Of a stretch of DNA of 32,000 nucleotides, positions 27,238 to 32,000 are shown piece after piece (the first letter of the stretch is position 1; every line of letters starts with the position of its first letter). Under the pieces are notes generated by a model, which ran no database searches, was not told where the DNA came from, and saw only the letters and a list, made by a program, of their open reading frames with translations. The position numbers were made by a program, and so were the translations under genes. The DNA comes from Candidatus Jordarchaeales archaeon (GTDB lineage Archaea > Asgardarchaeota > Jordiarchaeia > Jordiarchaeales > Freyrarchaeaceae): NCBI GenBank assembly GCA_038858525.1, contig JAWCFL010000013.1, positions 1 to 32,000 of the forward strand. Reading direction: 5' to 3'.

Positions 27238-27727
27238 CCAGCTCCCTCCTCACGATGACTGCGACAGGGATTTCCTCTCTCCAAGCACGCTTAGCCGCAC
27301 CAACCACGTGCTCCTCCAGCTGTCGAAGGGACTCAGGAACGTAGAAGGGTATGCAGGCGGCTTTAAGTAGGGGAATAGTCGCCTCGCCCATAGGGATCTG
27401 AGCAACTATTTTCTCTCCTCTCCCACCCCTTTGGGATATGAGCATCAGTAAGGGGATGCCGAAGGTCTTATTAAGGGAGAGAAGGGCGTTCATGCAGTTT
27501 CCGAGACCACTGTTCTGCATTAGGATGACGGGGCGCTTCCCGCCGAGGTAGGCTCCGGCCGCAACTCCAACACCCTCCTCCTCTCGCGTGACCGGGACAT
27601 GCATTATGCCGACGCTTTCCAGCTTCTCAAGCACCTCGGCGAACAACGTGTCCGGAACAGAGACGGCGAAGTCCACTCCGGCCTCCACTAAGGAGGACAA
27701 CAAGACACGAGCAAGGGAGGACGGCAT
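27215..27727 (-). CDS. comD: Sulfopyruvate decarboxylase alpha subunit-like
   Basis: 170 aa. VSVPD, TREEEGVGVAAGAYLGG, LMQNSGLGN, LISQRG, AQIPMG. Overlaps comE by 23 nt. Confidence 0.8.
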   Translation of the reverse strand: MPSSLARVLLSSLVEAGVDFAVSVPDTLFAEVLEKLESVGIMHVPVTREEEGVGVAAGAYLGGKRPVILMQNSGLGNCMNALLSLNKTFGIPLLMLISQRGGRGEKIVAQIPMGEATIPLLKAACIPFYVPESLRQLEEHVVGAAKRAWREEIPVAVIVRRELGEEDRSD

Positions 27728-27740
27728 CTCAAACCCTCCA

Positions 27741-28358
27741 TCACTTTGAGGGAGGTTTGCTTTTTAACTTGACGGAGCCCACTACAAACCGGTATGCTGC
27801 TGTAAGATGCGAGGCAACACAACAGAAAACTAAGCCTAACAAGGGGGCCTGCCAGAAAAAAGGATAGATGAGCGAGGAAGCTGAAAGTATAAGGAGCCTT
27901 TCTGACCTGGCTGCGAACCCCACATCCAGCGGCACGCCCACCGCCTCCCCTCTAGCTCTAACATAGCTCACCATGATGAAGCCCGCCACCGCCAGTGCCA
28001 CCCAAACACTGACGGGAAAAACGAGGCTGAAGCTCTCAGCCTCTTTCCAGAATGCGAAGCCTAGGAGAACGGCGACGTCCGAGTACCTGTCACTCATCGA
28101 GTCGAGCAATCCTCCCCGAAGCGTTACCCTGCCAGTCAGCCGGGCGAGGGCGCCATCAACACCATCAAGGAAGCCTGAAGTGAAAACGAGTAAGCCGTAA
28201 AGGACAGGTAAGCCCAGCGCTAGGAGGAGCGAGGCTATTATGGACACAGCTAGGGATGCGAGCGTTATGTGGTTTGGGCTTAAACCAGCCTTAGCGCAAA
28301 TGGAAGCCACCCGGTAGACAGCTGGGCGGAAAAACCGCCTAACTCTATATTTGCTCAA
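27741..28358 (-). CDS. CDP-alcohol phosphatidyltransferase (archaetidylinositol-phosphate-synthase-like)
   Basis: 205 aa, multi-TM. SPNHIT, signature DGVDGALAR-x7-G-x3-D-x3-D (RGGLLDSMSDRYSD), SYVRARGE, GFAARSERL. Confidence 0.85.
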   Translation of the reverse strand: MSKYRVRRFFRPAVYRVASICAKAGLSPNHITLASLAVSIIASLLLALGLPVLYGLLVFTSGFLDGVDGALARLTGRVTLRGGLLDSMSDRYSDVAVLLGFAFWKEAESFSLVFPVSVWVALAVAGFIMVSYVRARGEAVGVPLDVGFAARSERLLILSASSLIYPFFWQAPLLGLVFCCVASHLTAAYRFVVGSVKLKSKPPSK

Positions 28359-29334
28359 CTCCCTCGTCCCTCACAGGAAATGCTACGCCGCCAAAGAACA
28401 CCGCCCGCTTCACAACACCAGTAATATTCCCGCCGCCGAACGCCACGACATCCGACGCAATAGCCCCTTTGCATGAGACGCAACCGGAAAGCGAAACGTT
28501 CGGCCCTAGGACTGAACGCTCGATGCGGCCATCCAACAACAAGACGGGACCTACCAATGTTGACTTGTAGTCAGCGGTGCCCATACCGCTCCTAACTTCT
28601 CCTGGAGGCACATATAATCCCTCCTCAGGCGTTAAGCCAGCTTTAAGAGCATGCCTGTTCGCGTCAAGGACGTCTGAAAGCGTGTCAACGTCAAACCACA
28701 CTCTTCCATGGAAGTCGACGAAGCCCAGCTTACCCCCCTCGTCAACGTATAGTTTAAGGGCTGAGACTACGCTTCCCTCTCCTCTCATCAACGACCTTCT
28801 AAGGTGAGTGAAGAATGAGGAGTCCAGGGCTACAAGCCCAACGCACACTCTTCTATTTTCGTCTCCTTCACCTATCCTGAGAACCTCCCCGCACTTACCT
28901 CCACTAGTGGATATAGCTGTCCCCCTTCCCTCAGACCTCCCTGCTGCGATAAGCGGAACCCCGAGCTTCTTCACAGCTTTAATAAGTCCCGAGGATATTT
29001 CGTGGTCGAAGACTATGTCGGCAGGGCACAGTAAGAACTCGCCTGACACGTATTCTTCGGCCGCGAGGAGGGAGTAGCCTGCACCCTTCAAGTAATCCCT
29101 TGCCTGGATGCATTCAACACTCAAGCCTCGCCACTTCTCCTTGATGTGGCGAGCGACAAGTCCACCCATGTGACCGACGACGACCACGAATCGCTCCACA
29201 CGGGATTTCAGAAGGGAGCAGATCACCCAGTCGATGAGGGGTCTGCCAGCCACAGGAATGAGGGGCTTGGGGCATAGGCGTGAGAGCGCGCCCATGCGAG
29301 CTCCTACACCTGCAGCCAAAATCACAGCGTCCAT
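28345..29334 (-). CDS. Sugar/polyol-phosphate nucleotidyltransferase, IPCT-like, with a short C-terminal beta-helix-like extension
   Basis: AVILAAGVGARMG, PKPL, KGAGYSLLAA, WFDVDTLSDVLDANR, which recall inositol-1-phosphate cytidylyltransferase motifs (KGNGYSLL, WxDVDT). ATG at 29334 after GGTG; the track start is 29343. Confidence 0.75.
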   Translation of the reverse strand: MDAVILAAGVGARMGALSRLCPKPLIPVAGRPLIDWVICSLLKSRVERFVVVVGHMGGLVARHIKEKWRGLSVECIQARDYLKGAGYSLLAAEEYVSGEFLLCPADIVFDHEISSGLIKAVKKLGVPLIAAGRSEGRGTAISTSGGKCGEVLRIGEGDENRRVCVGLVALDSSFFTHLRRSLMRGEGSVVSALKLYVDEGGKLGFVDFHGRVWFDVDTLSDVLDANRHALKAGLTPEEGLYVPPGEVRSGMGTADYKSTLVGPVLLLDGRIERSVLGPNVSLSGCVSCKGAIASDVVAFGGGNITGVVKRAVFFGGVAFPVRDEGVEQI

Positions 29335-29448
29335 CAAGTACACCAGAAACCTATCGAGGATGCTAAACTTAAAAGGTTAACCAAAAAACCGATGAGGAGC
29401 CGGAAATTTTTAGAAGAAACGTTCATCATCCAGTTCTAATCGGAGAGG

Positions 29449-30096
29449 ATGCTTGTGGGAGCCAGGATCATTAAGGTTACGACGGAAAACATAGCGGAGG
29501 CTGCTAGGGCGGCGGCAGAAGTTATACTTGAGGGGGGAGTGGTCGCCTACCCCACGGACACACTTTACGGTCTCGGCGTAAACCCCTTCGTAAGGGAGCA
29601 TGTTGAAAGGCTCCTCCAAGCGAAGAGAAGACCTGTGGAGAAGGGGATCCCGCTCCTGGTGGGAAGCATAAGTGACGCTGAAAGGCTTGCTCATTTCACT
29701 CATGAAGCACGACTACTAGCGAAGGCATTTTGGCCCGGCCCATTAACCATAGTGCTCGTTCAGCGTGAGCCCCTTCCGGACGAGGTTTCAGGCGGTAAAG
29801 GTAGTATAGGTGTAAGATTACCAGACCATCCTCTCCCTCAGCATATTGCTAGGATAATTGGTGGAGCGGTGACTGGGACTAGTGCAAACATCTCTGGGCA
29901 CGAGCCCGCCAGAACTGCAAGGGAAGTTATTGAGCAGCTTGGAGACAGCGTAGACCTAATTCTTGACGGAGGCAAAACAAGGGGGACGCCGTCAACGGTC
30001 ATCGATATGACTCAAAGCCCGCCGACGATAATTAGAGAAGGAATGATCCCAAAAGAAAAAATATTTAGGTTGCTGGAGGCAATGGAAGAAAAATAG
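29449..30096 (+). CDS. tsaC: Threonylcarbamoyl-AMP synthase (TsaC/YrdC, single domain)
   Basis: 215 aa. VAYPTDTLYGLG, KRRP, FWPGPLTIVL, GVRLP, TSANISG, PSTVID. Lacks the Sua5 C-terminal domain. Confidence 0.92.
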   Translation: MLVGARIIKVTTENIAEAARAAAEVILEGGVVAYPTDTLYGLGVNPFVREHVERLLQAKRRPVEKGIPLLVGSISDAERLAHFTHEARLLAKAFWPGPLTIVLVQREPLPDEVSGGKGSIGVRLPDHPLPQHIARIIGGAVTGTSANISGHEPARTAREVIEQLGDSVDLILDGGKTRGTPSTVIDMTQSPPTIIREGMIPKEKIFRLLEAMEEK

Positions 30097-30115
30097 TAGG
30101 CGACCACTATTGACG

Positions 30116-30703
30116 TTACGATTCCAACATTAGAAGGGCGCCACGCTCTATGCAGCACTTGGCCAGTGCTTCAAATTCCCCTCCGGCTTGAGTGGCACTT
30201 AGCTCTTTGTCAATTATATTGAAGGCTTTTTTTATCAGTTCGGCTTTCTCGCGGTTTAAGCTGAAAACCGTGTCGTCTTCTTCTAAGCCGAGCTTTTCGG
30301 CTAAGAAGCGGGCCACCCCTCTAACCTCGCTTTCCTCCTTCCCTACGACTACAAGCCCAAACATTCTGCATCCACTTTTTAGTCCGAACATTTCCAGCGC
30401 CACACTTACCTGCCTCTGCCCTGAGAGCCTAACTAGAACCTCCATTCCCAAGCTTCTCGCTATGCTTTTTCCAGCCTTAGTAGCCTTAACTGCGTTCAGA
30501 ACGCTGAAGTAAACATGCTCCCAGGTTGCCACGAGCAGGGCGTCAAAAAGCTGAACGGTTACCCCGAAGTTTAACTCTGCTTCTCTGGCGAGCTTAAGAG
30601 CGGCATTAACGTCAGCAACTCCCCTTAGCCCACATACTCCAACAATCAGTCCACCTGCCAGTTCTGCAATTCTCACCGTGAGCCCCCCCAGACCTTCCTC
30701 CAC
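30116..30703 (-). CDS. cgi121: KEOPS complex subunit Cgi121
   Basis: 195 aa. VQLFDALLVATWEHVYFSVLNA, ARSLGMEVLVRLSGQRQVSVALEMFG match the Cgi121 pattern. Confidence 0.85.
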   Translation of the reverse strand: MEEGLGGLTVRIAELAGGLIVGVCGLRGVADVNAALKLAREAELNFGVTVQLFDALLVATWEHVYFSVLNAVKATKAGKSIARSLGMEVLVRLSGQRQVSVALEMFGLKSGCRMFGLVVVGKEESEVRGVARFLAEKLGLEEDDTVFSLNREKAELIKKAFNIIDKELSATQAGGEFEALAKCCIERGALLMLES

Positions 30704-31278
30704 TTTAGGAGGGGGTCTAGGTACTTGAGTGGAATCGGTATGTTGGCGAGAAACTGGCTTATCTCATGCTCCTCTTTGCCCTCCTCCTTAAGCCTCCTGT
30801 AAACGCTATCGACGCTCTCAAAAAGCTCCCAAGGATAGATGACCCACGCGTCAGTAATCTCACCATAGTAGTCAGGGGTGACAACGCTGAAGGGTTTAAG
30901 ATGAAGGGTTGCAACCTTGAGGAGCCCTACGCCTCTCTCCTTAAGGTGCCTCATGACCACACGCAGAGTGTGCCCGCTGTCAGCAACATCATCACATAGG
31001 AGCACGTTCTTTCCGGCAACGTCGACAGAGACAGGCTGAGTGACCACTGGCTCCTCCATTCGCTCACCCACATCAGAGTAAAACTCCACAACCACAGAAG
31101 CAACTCGCCTAATTGAGAGGAAGTCGGACATCATGCGTGCAACAACCCATCCACCACGCGCGATGCCGACAATCAAGTCGAACGACAGGCCACTAAGCAG
31201 AATCATCTCAGCCACTTTCATTGCCAGAAAGTAAACCTCATCCCAGGTCGGAGCTATGAACTTCAATGAAGAAGACAC
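30673..31278 (-). CDS. Type I phosphoribosyltransferase (purine PRTase-like)
   Basis: IVGIARGG, PRPP-binding LLCDDVADSGHTL, ATLHLKP, WVIYPWE. Confidence 0.88.
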   Translation of the reverse strand: MSSSLKFIAPTWDEVYFLAMKVAEMILLSGLSFDLIVGIARGGWVVARMMSDFLSIRRVASVVVEFYSDVGERMEEPVVTQPVSVDVAGKNVLLCDDVADSGHTLRVVMRHLKERGVGLLKVATLHLKPFSVVTPDYYGEITDAWVIYPWELFESVDSVYRRLKEEGKEEHEISQFLANIPIPLKYLDPLLKWRKVWGGSR

Positions 31279-31351
31279 AGCTCAACCCTCCACTGAAAAA
31301 ACGCTCCCCGACGATATAAAAACGTTCACCTTAAAAAACGCGAAAATTAAA

Positions 31352-31509
31352 TGGTGGGCGGGCCAGGATTCACACGCGCATGCCAAACGCATGTGCGACT
31401 TGAACCCGGGGCCTCCGGCTCCCGAAGCCGGTCATATGCAGTGAAACATCCAGTTTCACCGAGTCATACCATGTTCCCCGCCTCATATGAAGCTCTAGAC
31501 TACCCGCCC
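31352..31509 (-). tRNA. tRNA-Pro (anticodon CGG) with three introns and encoded CCA
   Basis: Acceptor stem GGGCGGG/CCCGCCC-A-CCA; anticodon arm CCGGC-TT-CGG-GA-GCCGG (anticodon 31424-31422); T arm CCGGG-TTCAAG|T-CCTGG; D arm GTCT...TGAC. Removing 31369-31398 (30 nt), 31433-31462 (30 nt) and ~31474-31494 (21-23 nt) gives a 75-77 nt cloverleaf. Confidence 0.9.
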
Positions 31510-31542
31510 TTTCTCCTAAGAGGATAAGCGACCAGAAACACC

Positions 31543-31557
31543 TAATTAAATTTTCTC
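31543..31557 (-). promoter_or_regulatory. BRE + TATA box, putative tRNA-Pro promoter
   Basis: The minus strand reads GAGAAAA-TTTAATTA, 34-41 nt upstream of tRNA position 1. Confidence 0.55.
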
Positions 31558-31631
31558 CTTTAATCTGGCATCAAACCTAGTTACTCGGGCCTCCTGCTTC
31601 CAGTAGCGCTTTGCTCTTAACGTTTTATCCT

Positions 31632-32000
31632 TTACCTGACGAAAATTTCCTTCGTCTTTTTCTCCATGTCCTTTAGAACTCCTTTGTCAAGGTTTTTGGG
31701 GTTGTAGTACTTGGCTCTTGAGCAGTCAGGAAGCCAGTTGTCTGGCACCTTGAAGGTTTTGCCTCCAGCCGGTTGAGCTTGAACAGGGACCGACTGGGGA
31801 GGCGTGTACTCTTCAGTGTGAGTTGCAGTGTAGCTTCTCGCTGTTGCTGGCGGCATCGTTACAGGGGATCGGACCGGGGAATGTGCTGGAGGTGATCTTC
31901 CCTCCCTCATGCTTTCCAGCACACTTGAAATTTGAAGGCGTAAGTTAGCCTGCGGCGCTGTGTCAAGGGCTGATTGAGGCATTGATGCTTCAAGCTCGCT
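31632..32000 (-). CDS. C-terminal part of a hypothetical protein extending beyond the window
   Basis: The frame is open from the window edge (SELEAS before the called Met). Pro/Ser/Thr/Ala-rich linker followed by KTFKVPDNWLPDCSRAKYYNP. Confidence 0.6.
   Translation of the reverse strand, partial: SELEASMPQSALDTAPQANLRLQISSVLESMREGRSPPAHSPVRSPVTMPPATARSYTATHTEEYTPPQSVPVQAQPAGGKTFKVPDNWLPDCSRAKYYNPKNLDKGVLKDMEKKTKEIFVR

Noticed and set aside
27741-28358. Calling the CDP-alcohol transferase DIPP synthase because of the IPCT-like neighbour
   Set aside because: It lacks the DIPPS-type N-terminal DG..SR..NR..S segment as I recall it, and has SYVRARxE/ERL motifs closer to AIP/PIP synthases. Left unresolved.
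31256-31444. 62-aa plus-strand ORF
   Set aside because: Antisense to the tRNA-Pro gene and its trailer; spurious.
1-32000. CRISPR arrays, rRNA genes, intact IS elements or integrases, and Sec/Pyl read-through
   Set aside because: No regularly spaced repeats, rRNA-like sequence or transposase/integrase motifs were seen, and no in-frame stop interrupting a conserved domain was noticed.

Overview
Archaeal chromosomal window with no intact mobile element, CRISPR array or rRNA gene. An Asgard lineage is inferred, not proven, from a roadblock/LC7 gene, a V4R-like neighbour, a HEAT-repeat protein and a large single-pass surface protein with a cytoplasmic tail. Housekeeping genes are ilvD, an M29 aminopeptidase, ileS, endonuclease III, an MBL hydrolase, TsaC/YrdC, Cgi121 and a PRTase. 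There are two operon-like biosynthetic clusters of unknown product. (1) 14180-20678 (-): two GT4 glycosyltransferases, a B12-binding radical SAM enzyme and three class I SAM methyltransferases; one methyltransferase lacks a canonical start for its apparent N-terminus and continues the radical SAM gene in the -1 frame across an A6 run. (2) 26665-29343 (-): an IPCT-like nucleotidyltransferase, a CDP-alcohol phosphotransferase and comD/comE-like decarboxylase subunits. The clearest hidden feature is a tRNA-Pro(CGG) at 31352-31509 (-) split by three non-canonical introns (D-loop, 25/26, 59/60). ileS has a ~110-nt leader with an SD-led 27-aa uORF and a hairpin. All family assignments come from motif recognition by eye; no database searches were run.
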